Virus record (IMG/VR): IMGVR_UViG_3300042526_000402
Span: 71,861-135,860 of that record
Source: a virus
Length of the DNA stretch: 64,000 nucleotides
Direction: 5' to 3' (one strand)
This document shows positions 30,901 through 40,117 of this stretch, one piece after another; the first letter of the stretch is position 1; each line of letters begins with the position of its first letter. The notes beneath the pieces are model-generated. The model saw only the letters and a list, made by a program, of their open reading frames with translations, made no database searches and was not told where the DNA came from. Position numbers and translations under genes: made by a program.

Positions 30901-33900
30901 CTAATGTAATTGTATTATTCTTAGTATTAACACCTGCAATCTTATTAAGATTCTCCTTTATAAAATCTTTATCATAATCTGGTAAATCCATCATAGATTG
31001 TTCATCAACGTGTACAAGTTTTGGATCTCTCATATGAGGTAGTTCTACTTCACCACTATAGTCTAAAGAAGTAAGTCTTGAAGGATTGTTTGTTTCATGA
31101 AGTATATTATTTACTTTTGACTTAAATAATGGATCTATTAATTTGTCTTGTTCAGAAGCTATTTTTTTAATCTCCTCCTTAATTAAATCTTTTTGTTTTT
31201 CTATACTTTCTACTTTTGGTTGTAGTTCTTTAAATTTAGGATTTGATTCTAAATTTTTATTTACAAATTCTTCAAGTTCATCATCTATTTTTTTTATCTC
31301 TTCAACATCTTCTGCACTAGATGGATTATATTTTTTAGAAAAATATTGTTTTACTGACATAGCTTTATGTTTAAAAAAATCTTCATACAGAGGTGATTTT
31401 AATTTTTCAAGCTCACCTTTTTCTTCAAATTCTTTCATTGTATAACCAGCTTGAAGTTTTAATTTATCTTTTATATCTTCAAGCTCTTTAAATTTTTTAG
31501 GATCAGTATAAACCCATCTATCATTAACTTCTGTAGCTTCATTAAATGCTTTAGTTTGTGCTTCCCTTGTTCTTAATTCTTCTGGAACATATGCCCAATT
31601 GTCAACTTTTTCTGTTTTTAAATTTTCTGGTAGATTTTTTTCTAATAATTCAGTTTCCTCTTTACTGTATGTACGAACATTGTTTTGCCTGTAAGGATTA
31701 TCAGGATGCATTCCATATCTATATTCAGTGTTTGTTTTAGCTAATGCAGGAATAGTTTCATTACTTCTGCTAACATCTATCACATCATCTAATACTTTAT
31801 TAGATTTTACTTTATTTAGCTTTCCTAATTTTTTTAAGTATTTAGGAGCACTTAATGCTTTATTACCTAAACCTAAACCTAAAAAATCCAGCATGTTTAA
31901 ACCAGTTTCTGAAACTGCATTACCTACATTTCCTAAAGTAGGATCTTCAGCAACTTTAGAATAAGACTTTCGTACATCACTGTCTTTATCCAAAAATTCA
32001 GCTGTTCCATAAGCAGCACCGGCACCAGTAAGAAAATTATTTACTGATGCTCCTGGTAACCATGATGGGGCTGCATTATAAGCAGCTTTGGTTGCTTGTA
32101 AAAAAGAATTTTTACCAAGTTTATTTAATGTAGCATTTGCAACAGCATCACCTACACCTACAAGTCCTTCACCTAAAGCTGTTGCTCCAGATCTTATTAA
32201 TGGTGCAGCTCCTATTGCTGTAAGAGCAGCTGGTGCCCAAAACCAATCTGAATTACCAGCACCTTGTGCTTTAGAATATAGATTTTTTGTTTGCTCTGTT
32301 GCCCAAGAATCTTTCTTAGGATCAAATGTCTTATTAAAAACTTTACCGTCTTTACCTATAACTTTTGTATATACAGTACCATCTTCTTTTCTAACCTTAA
32401 TAGTTTTATTTCCTTTTTTATCTGTATGTTCTTTAGTAGATATTATTCCTTTCTGAGCTTGAGTTAAACCACCTGGTACATCAGTATTTGTATCATCTTT
32501 TTTTGAAATGTTATTTAACATCCAAATAATTTCATCATCTGTAAAAGTATTTTTTAAATGGTTCATTGGATCAAAACCTTCTTTATCACCTTTTTCAAAT
32601 TTAAAGTTTTTTAATTTTTTATAGTATGTATCAGGAGACACTCCTTCAGTAAAAGGATCATATAACTTATTATCTTTTGCTGCTTTTCTAATTGAATTAA
32701 GTCTAGCTCTAGTTTCTGTTGGGTATGCAACATAATCTCTATAATAGTCATTATAAAACTTTTCATTATCGTAATAAGAACCAGTATCCTTATATTCTTG
32801 ATTATCTTTTGTATTTTTTGGTTTATGTTTATTTATATAATCAATATCTTTTTGAGGAATAAGTCTTCTTTCTTTTCCCGGCAATGGTCTATCAGATGAA
32901 TGAGATAACTCATGCTCAGATGTATGTTCTGTCCCGATACCCTGTGGAAAAATTGTAATTTCACCTGTTTCAGATACTGATTGACCTCCTATAGATGGAT
33001 CATCTAATGGTTGTGGTAATAGTTTTAATGGGGGTGTATTTTGTAACTGTTTGTTTCGGGATTTTAAAAAATAGTTGTAAGTGTCATCATTTTTTGATGA
33101 TTTTTTAAGCATCTCTTTATATTTAGGAGAATTATAATATTCTTCCATATAATCATAAGATTCTCTAAACTTTTTATTTTCTTCTATTTCTTTTTCTTTT
33201 TGCTTTGGGTTAGACTTAAAATTTGAGTACTTATACATAGATTCAGGCACACATAATCCATTATCACCTGCGTTAGGGTCAAATATATAACCATCAGGAC
33301 ATATTTGAGAACCACCCTCTTTAGCTTGATTAAGTTCTGGTACAGATATATCTTCTACTATATAACCACCTCTTCTGTATTCTTCTATTTCATCATCTGT
33401 AAGTTCTGCTTCTACATATTCTTCATCATTTTTTGTTTGAGTGTCTCCACTTGGTAAATATGGAAATAGCTTAGTTGCTTTTGCTCCTTCAGTGAACTTA
33501 TTTAAAGCATTAATAAGTTTCATACTAGATTCCCATTTTTCAGGATTAAGTTTTGGAGAAAGTTTTGTCAAAGCTTTTGTTGTTAGACCTAATACTTTAT
33601 CAAGATTTTTTCCTCCAAGTTTTCTATATGCATTATAAGCATTTGCTATTTTATCATTGTATCCAAAATATTTAACAGCATCAAGAAAAAGTTTTTCCCC
33701 ACCAGCAAGTATTTTTCCAGATTTACCAATTTTACCTATAAGAGGAAGTGCACCTAATATTTCTAATCCTGTTTTAGGATCAAATAAACCATTTTCATCA
33801 TAGGCTCTTCTAACATCATCCCATGATGTAATTCCTGTTGGATCTATAAATTCAGCAATATCTTCAAGTGTATTATCTTCAGCTTCCCACCCCGATGGGA

Positions 33901-34702
33901 TAGTTGCGTCACCTTGCATAGGTACATAAGGTTTTCCAGTAAGGGGGCTAATATATTTATTATTTGGTATTATCTTTTCAGAGTATTTACCATCTTTAGT
34001 TTTTACTTGTACAACTTCATCTCCTGCTTCATTAATGAATCTATTAGTTACTGTGCCATCTTTAGACTTATGTGTTTTTTTAGCACCACCTTTTTGAGCT
34101 GAAAGTTGTCCTTCTCTCATTTGAAATTTTTGTTGATATGCAGGTGATGTTCTGTTTATATTAGTTGGATCTGTTTGATCATGCATATACTGTTCATAAT
34201 TTCTTCTAGCTTTTTGGTTAAGCATTTCAATAATATCATAATTATAAGATGGTTGATCCATATATTCTGAATCTCCCGGAGGATATATTATAGTATCTTT
34301 TTCACCACCATCTTGAAAGTATTCTGCATTTGGATCATATACTTTATTCTTGTAGTTTTTAAGCAAAGGATGTGTAAGCATTATTTTATTAGTACCAGAT
34401 AAACTTCTAGTCTTTTTCTTAGTACCACCTTTTCTCATCTGTGGATATTCATCTACATAATCTGCTCCAGGAAAAGTATATTCTGCTCCCGGAAGCATTA
34501 TCTTTCTTTGACCATTATTGGCTACACCTAATACAGGATAACCTACTCCTTTCATAGTAATATCATTACTAGGAATTCTAGTTGGTAAACCAGGATATTT
34601 CCACTGACCCATTGGATCATTAATTATATCTTTAGGTTTTTTAGGAGCTTTAGCTTTGTCCAACTCAGCTGAAGCTTTAGATAGAGCTTTTTTATTATAC
34701 AT
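27977..34702 (-). CDS. Polyvalent modular cargo protein with two zincin-like (HExxH) domains
   Basis: 2241 aa. HELSH (32900-32914) with downstream PTETRARL, and HELGH (30701-30715) with downstream NELHSD. Gly/Ala-rich hydrophobic segments and GG-delimited modules. First gene after the muzzle. Confidence 0.65.
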   Translation of the reverse strand: MYNKKALSKASAELDKAKAPKKPKDIINDPMGQWKYPGLPTRIPSNDITMKGVGYPVLGVANNGQRKIMLPGAEYTFPGADYVDEYPQMRKGGTKKKTRSLSGTNKIMLTHPLLKNYKNKVYDPNAEYFQDGGEKDTIIYPPGDSEYMDQPSYNYDIIEMLNQKARRNYEQYMHDQTDPTNINRTSPAYQQKFQMREGQLSAQKGGAKKTHKSKDGTVTNRFINEAGDEVVQVKTKDGKYSEKIIPNNKYISPLTGKPYVPMQGDATIPSGWEAEDNTLEDIAEFIDPTGITSWDDVRRAYDENGLFDPKTGLEILGALPLIGKIGKSGKILAGGEKLFLDAVKYFGYNDKIANAYNAYRKLGGKNLDKVLGLTTKALTKLSPKLNPEKWESSMKLINALNKFTEGAKATKLFPYLPSGDTQTKNDEEYVEAELTDDEIEEYRRGGYIVEDISVPELNQAKEGGSQICPDGYIFDPNAGDNGLCVPESMYKYSNFKSNPKQKEKEIEENKKFRESYDYMEEYYNSPKYKEMLKKSSKNDDTYNYFLKSRNKQLQNTPPLKLLPQPLDDPSIGGQSVSETGEITIFPQGIGTEHTSEHELSHSSDRPLPGKERRLIPQKDIDYINKHKPKNTKDNQEYKDTGSYYDNEKFYNDYYRDYVAYPTETRARLNSIRKAAKDNKLYDPFTEGVSPDTYYKKLKNFKFEKGDKEGFDPMNHLKNTFTDDEIIWMLNNISKKDDTNTDVPGGLTQAQKGIISTKEHTDKKGNKTIKVRKEDGTVYTKVIGKDGKVFNKTFDPKKDSWATEQTKNLYSKAQGAGNSDWFWAPAALTAIGAAPLIRSGATALGEGLVGVGDAVANATLNKLGKNSFLQATKAAYNAAPSWLPGASVNNFLTGAGAAYGTAEFLDKDSDVRKSYSKVAEDPTLGNVGNAVSETGLNMLDFLGLGLGNKALSAPKYLKKLGKLNKVKSNKVLDDVIDVSRSNETIPALAKTNTEYRYGMHPDNPYRQNNVRTYSKEETELLEKNLPENLKTEKVDNWAYVPEELRTREAQTKAFNEATEVNDRWVYTDPKKFKELEDIKDKLKLQAGYTMKEFEEKGELEKLKSPLYEDFFKHKAMSVKQYFSKKYNPSSAEDVEEIKKIDDELEEFVNKNLESNPKFKELQPKVESIEKQKDLIKEEIKKIASEQDKLIDPLFKSKVNNILHETNNPSRLTSLDYSGEVELPHMRDPKLVHVDEQSMMDLPDYDKDFIKENLNKIAGVNTKNNTITLASQPNPPVYYKKLPEKKAKLLEPKTWLNAFKKNNTNDLDDQELIKYIEQKMIDPTFIGEVNIHELGHDNQKYKNWLRGLADMDPTTGYVTKKGDSKLAKEFEEAMVEPTKLEKPGDSYSTESWQAGVNELHSDLQIARLKAVKNYMKEYNLSVADATSLVKNLESEGSDELYDFYITVKDVNNHFKNTTSNEVKRKLLKVFPAVVPAAFSIGALNKEEEKAPRRFKKGGVVTELSDDEIQDYINQGYIVEEVDEPEMQSGGQLPYKIWEEKTGTPWSEAKRQGLTDGSYEQNVALAQKLLADATSVVKENLESKPTFDYNKYDQIVSTLVQKGNTLEDLVAQQIGTKEGLMKRYPNLFSASNSKSKAVNTANIPVRSVDEILKRTAAPVNLKTPDSRMKSETIQYQNIPVKKLNLISDSNLKPKPVNNTVKQFEKSKQVNQTKLKEAELKNYVNAIRDSLTPDSIKKQKQLQNSFFPTAPKKKLTVKEPLTQESTQEFKARMLKIQQGLNLKPIVSDTEKIAPIKNFQDLQGEPGKFDIVSPNLPEVNGKQFPVKKPVVKAKPPQDITKFQNTLKPEISFKKGSKITEVKPETEEKVVKEDSGYKVISNLTNRMGSYDQSLQNLYYDYTNPKHSPEKRKQVKAAFDNKLKERNNLVTTINSKKRDYAGVLDSWIDESAPAWIKKPAQKYDLSDQVEATSYKLPKLETYKEKEEKENEKFRTTKRFDDLGGNEKGSRWQFRVAASNDDPMKVQVYGTRAERNPDLNIKSKGAVMHFLDQSPLTGYMHPLTKDYYNNLKPDGFVGKLEKQKDGNFAVKYVPKKDIPAKDLHKNTFLVRQEKFDNIDFNKKVADDNFPGHTYWTKKGSTKATIPVSSGKDPNVYDYSSGQSVVFIFPYKGKTRYVHYAGSPNAIKKEGEEIKKLYKLQPNKLVLGVADAGSYSSSVKGNITDKKLKDWNYGYANKNSFTGAGMALVD

Positions 34703-37700
34703 TATCTTAGAGAAGTTTCATTTTTACTATTACTGATTTTCAAAATAATATTAGTATTACCAGATTTATTTTTCTTTAAGTTAATAAAACTCATGTAATG
34801 TCTAAACTTTTTTCTTTGTAATTCTGGTTTGGAATAATCTAAATTATTAAAATTAAGTGTTCTTCTAAAACCATCTGGTTCAGTAATCCATGTAGTTTCA
34901 CCAGCATAGTTACCAATCAATACTGTTGTATCAGGTATAACTTGTCCTATTGGAGGATATGATCCACCTAATGGGAACTCACCTCTGTTTTTAGTAATAT
35001 CCCAAAACTGATTAAATCTATATTTATTCTCTTCTTTTGAAAATAGTATATCAAAAGAATTATTATTTAGATTTAATTTTGGATACTGTCTAGCTAATAT
35101 TAAATCATTTTTAGGATACAAATTTAAGTTTAAATATCCAGATACTTGTTCTGAGTTATACACTACAGCTGTATCAAAGTTAAAATCTAGCACATGATGT
35201 GAATCCACACAGTTATCAGATTTTCTATAAGCCTCCATTATGTACTCAATAGATCTTGTAGTAGTAATAGTTTGACCTGACACAATTGGAATATCTATTT
35301 CACATGCGTAGTCTACACCATAGTACTTACAATAAGAATCACATAACCAGTTATGTCTCCAACCACCTGCACCTTTTGTAGATATAAATACATCTTTAGT
35401 AGGTAATAATAAATCTGGATGCCAGTCATGAAAACTAATCCAGAATTGACTCTTAGGGTCATAACTAATTGTCCAGGAAGCATCTCTAAATATAGTAGTG
35501 TCACCTAATCTATATTGAACTGCCTTATTGTTATCTACTATAAAGTAATCTCCTGTACCATCAGATTTTAAGGGCACATAAGTTGTTCTTCTTTTGAATG
35601 AATCTATTAACTGATAATCCCTCTTACAGAAGTATAATATAGTGTTAGTATTATCAAATACAGATTGACATCCAATACCAGCTACTGGGTTATCTTGATA
35701 AGGATATAAAGGAAAGTCAACTGTTAGTTTGTACGGTAAGAAGAGTGTGAACCACCATTTCATCCCCTGTTGAGATAATTCTTGAAGTCCTTGACCATAT
35801 GAGAATATTTTACCAGCTGCTTGAGATATATAGAATATACCTACTGGTGTTGATATCACAGACAATCTATTTTGAGAAGCACCATATTCATATGCCTTAT
35901 CAGAATTTGCTACAGCTTGACCAGGTTGACTAAATAATCCTCCGTCCCCAATAGTAACCTTTGTTCCTAAATCAGTATTAAGTGTATCCACACCTTGGAA
36001 CATCATAGGACTATCATTCTTAAAAGTGATCATAATACCTGATTTGTTTATAGGTTTTACTCCACTAATTTGAGATTTAAATGTTCTATAGTTATTGACT
36101 AAATATACAAACCAGCTATCTTTAATTGCTTCATCTTGTTGTGGTAATGAATAGATGATTCTATTAGGATAGTATGTATAACATAACTCAGACACATTTG
36201 GATTGTAGTATCTGCTTTGCATTGATCCTAATGAGAAATACTGATTGTATAATTTAGAAACACTTAATGAATAGTCATATTGGTAAAAAGAATTCTTACC
36301 CATGATTTCTGGATTCATATCAAACATCTCTTGGTAGTTAGTATATCTGTAAGGATCATAAAACTTATTACCAATATTGTCTGCTTGCTTTCTAAAATCT
36401 ACTAATACTTCTGACTCAACAAAGAAATCTCTTATTGAAGAAGCTGCTAAGTAAAAGTAAGAATCTTTACAAATAAAGAAACCAGGATAGTCATCTGCTA
36501 TATCTTTTTCATAATCATAAGATTGTTTAATATCAACAAAGTAATCAAGATTATAAAATTGAGAAGGTTTATAACCATCACCTTTTGCTTTAGGGACATC
36601 TACTAAAAGAGTTGCAAAACTTGTAAATAAACTTGCTAAATCACTTGAATCATATAATGTACTATTTAACCAAAATCTTGGTCTAGGTATCATACTCTTT
36701 AAATAGTAATTATATTCAAAACCATCCGGTTGATTATACAACCAATCAAAAAAGAATAACATATTATTCTTTTCAGTGTATCTATTTACATAAGTATCAC
36801 CTCCAAAAAGTATTGGTGTTCTAGGAATTACAAATCTTTTTTTGCTAACAGAATTACAAGTTACAGGTGTTATTTCTTGAACATTAGAACCACTAAGTTT
36901 TTGTTCACAATTAGTAATTGTAATTTGTTTAATAGAATCTAACTGTCCATACTGATTTCTAACTCTACCTTTAAGAGCTCCATAGTGACTTGCAATAGGT
37001 AATCTAAAAGAAGTAGCTATGTTATTTACATCAAAATTTGGAACAAAATCATTGTTTATTAAATTTTCACGTATACCTTGCTTTAATGTACCTAATGTAA
37101 CTAATGATTTATCAATACCTAAATCTTTAGGACCCTTATTTTCATTAGCACCATTTTTAACTCTTAATGTAACTGTAGCTGGTCTTTTTAAATTATTAAT
37201 ACTATAAGATCTGTAAGTATTAGTATTATCAAGATACTTAGTCATCTGTTGAATGTTGTCTCTTAAATAAAAAGCATCATCAATAGTAAATCTTTTTGTA
37301 TCTGTATTTCCTACAGGTTGCATTTGTGAATAAAAACCATAAGCTTGCATTTGAAGTGCAAACTGTTTATAAGATGTTACAGCATATAATATTTTAAGAG
37401 CAATATCTACACCTTGAGAAAAGTATGTTGCAATATTTGCCCCATTTGCAAAACGTCTAAGAGTTTCTGGTAAATAATTTGTTTTAGAAATTTCTGTTTG
37501 TAAATCAGGTGCTGTATAAATAGCTCCAATTTCTGTAAGATTATCTTTTGCTGAGTTATTATATAGTTCTCCTAATTTATCTTTATCACTTATTAAATCA
37601 TTTAATGCACCTGCATTATTATAATCTTGAACGTCCTTAACTAAATCTTCAACATTGGTTTTAACTTTAGCTTTTGAATCTTTAGTATATTCTGTATCTA

Positions 37701-40116
37701 CAGTTGATATATCACCACCTTCAACGTCATCTATTTTTGTATCAATATTACCACCTGCTGCAGTTAATACATTTGAATAACTACCACCTCCACCACCTGA
37801 AACTTCTGTACCTGATATATTTGGACCCATCAAACTTTGAAATGCTAAACCTGGTTGAACAGTTGTTCTTTTACCAACATTTGCAATTAAAGCTTCAGCA
37901 ATACCAAATATAACCATGACAAGAATAGTTGCATCAGATAATAACTTAAACTTAGGATGGTCAGAGGGTGTATTAAATTGTTGATTTGATAAACCTTGTA
38001 AATGACCATAAAGTTTAAACTCAGGAGTAGATAAGAACGGAGTTCTAAACATAGTGTCTGGTGAGTGAAAACTTATTATATCTGATGGTACTGTACTTTC
38101 TATTCCTGCTTTAATATATGGATCAGATTGGTTTCGTACATTACCCCCTATTGATGAATTTACAGGAGTGATTGTATTAAACGGGTAATTAGCATAAAGA
38201 CCTGTGTACTGGTTATTACCGGCAATTTTGTAAGTTCTATAGTTATTAACCATCCCTTTAGCAACAATAGTTTTGTTACCCTCTCTAGATCCTCTAAGTA
38301 TCTCATAACCTGCAATTCCTGGTATATCATTACCATCATTATCTTTTGGTAGCTGTATGTTTGTAAAAAATACACCCATTAATCTTATGAAATAATCATT
38401 ACCTACATTAGTTTGTGGTGTAGGATTACTTCTAAATCTAATTACATCAGCTGTGTTGCTACCATTAATAAAATCTTCAGGAAATTTATGATGTCTAATA
38501 TACTTACCACACAAATCAAAAGAATTATCAGTTGCTCCTGTCCAACATAAACTACTTGGATTCCATATTTCCGGTCTATTATCAGGATAGCTTTCTGTTG
38601 ATTGCCAGTATCCCATGTCTCCTGTTGCTATAACAGTTCCCCCATCATCAGTAGTAGTACCAATATAAGAATTGTTATTATCAGCTGAAGCAGTGTTATA
38701 TATTTCAAATACTCTTTCATCTGTAGTTAAAGTATTTGTATCTCCGTTTAATGTAGATGTTTCTTTAAATATTACTCCTGTTGTAGGAAGAGTAAAGTCT
38801 CTAGGTGCTCTTCCAGGAATATGGTATGAAGAAGTTTTGTCTCCAGTATTGTAAACCCATCTAATAAAAAATGAATATACTTCATCTCTCATGTAATTAG
38901 TTTTGTTACCACCTTTCATATAATAGTTAGCAGGATATTCTACAGAAGCCCACTTAGTTGTAATCATATTAGCCAAAGGCTGGTAATTAAAATCAAATTT
39001 AGATTTAGGACCCACTCTTAGTAAGTAAGTATTTAACTCTGCAATCTGATCACTAGTTTCAAATACAGGAGTTTTTAAAGGTAATTGTTCTAATGGGATT
39101 GTAATATTAGAAGGATCAATTTGATCAAAAGATAATGCTGAAGTATTTGTTGAATAAACACCCATTCTTTTAGCAACAGTTTGTTGATTAGTACAACTTA
39201 CTATTACTAACTCAAACTCATCAAAGTTTAATCTATCAGCTTCAATTTCTAAATCTAAAGATCCTTCAAGATCATCAGGAGAATATACAAACTGATAATT
39301 ACTTTGTGAAAAATAATCTGTAACCTTCTGACCATTTATTAAATAAGCAATTACTACAAAGTAACTACCATTAGCCAGTGTACCACCTGTTTGTCCTAAC
39401 TTTAATCTAAGACAAGGTGTAGTCATCAGTCTAGCTAATCTTATTCTTTCACAGTCAAGAGTATTACTATTTTCACATATGTTACAGTCATTTATAATCT
39501 TACAAGTTTCTTTCCACTGTACACCCGGCCAAAGTGATTTTGTACTAGTTCCTAGTAGAGAATAGTAATTAGCCATGACTCCTGTTGCCCCATTAAATAT
39601 ATGATTATCTAATGATGGCCAAGTTTTAGAATTTCCAATATTTAAAAACCTATCAGGGTTTAATCCATCAGCCCAATATATTTGCCAAGTACAGTCTTCT
39701 CTTTCTCTAGAAGTACCTGATATTAAATATCTCTTGTCAAACTTTAAACAAGGATCAATCACAATTGGTCTGTAAACACAGTTCTCTTCTTCAAATAATC
39801 CTATTTCAGAATTAATTGGTTGACCTAGTGAATTATGACCTGCTGTAAGAATGACCCATTTATCAGAGTATAGATAGATTGCTCCAATCACATATTTTTC
39901 TTTAACCTGTGGTGGAAAAAATTTACCGGATTCAAAACAAATATAATTGGCAGACTCATTAGATAATGAACCTACTCTACCTGTCTTAGAATTGTTGACC
40001 ATGTTTATAGCATGCGTCCACATTCCTTCAGTTACATAAGAAGGATCAGAATCTTTGTTCAGACCCTTTATGAAACTGTCAGTAATATTCTGAGAAGTAT
40101 CTTGCATGTTTGACAT
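34702..40116 (-). CDS. Tail muzzle / stabilization protein (P22 gp10-like, crAss muzzle)
   Basis: 1804 aa. N-terminal FIKGLNKD, YWADGLNPDRFLNI, YMRDEVYSFFIRW, GGDTYVNRY and C-terminal WTISYD...WISFHDWHP motifs as in crAss-like stabilization proteins. Follows the ring proteins. Confidence 0.8.
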   Translation of the reverse strand: MSNMQDTSQNITDSFIKGLNKDSDPSYVTEGMWTHAINMVNNSKTGRVGSLSNESANYICFESGKFFPPQVKEKYVIGAIYLYSDKWVILTAGHNSLGQPINSEIGLFEEENCVYRPIVIDPCLKFDKRYLISGTSREREDCTWQIYWADGLNPDRFLNIGNSKTWPSLDNHIFNGATGVMANYYSLLGTSTKSLWPGVQWKETCKIINDCNICENSNTLDCERIRLARLMTTPCLRLKLGQTGGTLANGSYFVVIAYLINGQKVTDYFSQSNYQFVYSPDDLEGSLDLEIEADRLNFDEFELVIVSCTNQQTVAKRMGVYSTNTSALSFDQIDPSNITIPLEQLPLKTPVFETSDQIAELNTYLLRVGPKSKFDFNYQPLANMITTKWASVEYPANYYMKGGNKTNYMRDEVYSFFIRWVYNTGDKTSSYHIPGRAPRDFTLPTTGVIFKETSTLNGDTNTLTTDERVFEIYNTASADNNNSYIGTTTDDGGTVIATGDMGYWQSTESYPDNRPEIWNPSSLCWTGATDNSFDLCGKYIRHHKFPEDFINGSNTADVIRFRSNPTPQTNVGNDYFIRLMGVFFTNIQLPKDNDGNDIPGIAGYEILRGSREGNKTIVAKGMVNNYRTYKIAGNNQYTGLYANYPFNTITPVNSSIGGNVRNQSDPYIKAGIESTVPSDIISFHSPDTMFRTPFLSTPEFKLYGHLQGLSNQQFNTPSDHPKFKLLSDATILVMVIFGIAEALIANVGKRTTVQPGLAFQSLMGPNISGTEVSGGGGGSYSNVLTAAGGNIDTKIDDVEGGDISTVDTEYTKDSKAKVKTNVEDLVKDVQDYNNAGALNDLISDKDKLGELYNNSAKDNLTEIGAIYTAPDLQTEISKTNYLPETLRRFANGANIATYFSQGVDIALKILYAVTSYKQFALQMQAYGFYSQMQPVGNTDTKRFTIDDAFYLRDNIQQMTKYLDNTNTYRSYSINNLKRPATVTLRVKNGANENKGPKDLGIDKSLVTLGTLKQGIRENLINNDFVPNFDVNNIATSFRLPIASHYGALKGRVRNQYGQLDSIKQITITNCEQKLSGSNVQEITPVTCNSVSKKRFVIPRTPILFGGDTYVNRYTEKNNMLFFFDWLYNQPDGFEYNYYLKSMIPRPRFWLNSTLYDSSDLASLFTSFATLLVDVPKAKGDGYKPSQFYNLDYFVDIKQSYDYEKDIADDYPGFFICKDSYFYLAASSIRDFFVESEVLVDFRKQADNIGNKFYDPYRYTNYQEMFDMNPEIMGKNSFYQYDYSLSVSKLYNQYFSLGSMQSRYYNPNVSELCYTYYPNRIIYSLPQQDEAIKDSWFVYLVNNYRTFKSQISGVKPINKSGIMITFKNDSPMMFQGVDTLNTDLGTKVTIGDGGLFSQPGQAVANSDKAYEYGASQNRLSVISTPVGIFYISQAAGKIFSYGQGLQELSQQGMKWWFTLFLPYKLTVDFPLYPYQDNPVAGIGCQSVFDNTNTILYFCKRDYQLIDSFKRRTTYVPLKSDGTGDYFIVDNNKAVQYRLGDTTIFRDASWTISYDPKSQFWISFHDWHPDLLLPTKDVFISTKGAGGWRHNWLCDSYCKYYGVDYACEIDIPIVSGQTITTTRSIEYIMEAYRKSDNCVDSHHVLDFNFDTAVVYNSEQVSGYLNLNLYPKNDLILARQYPKLNLNNNSFDILFSKEENKYRFNQFWDITKNRGEFPLGGSYPPIGQVIPDTTVLIGNYAGETTWITEPDGFRRTLNFNNLDYSKPELQRKKFRHYMSFINLKKNKSGNTNIILKISNSKNETSLR

Positions 40117-40117
40117 A

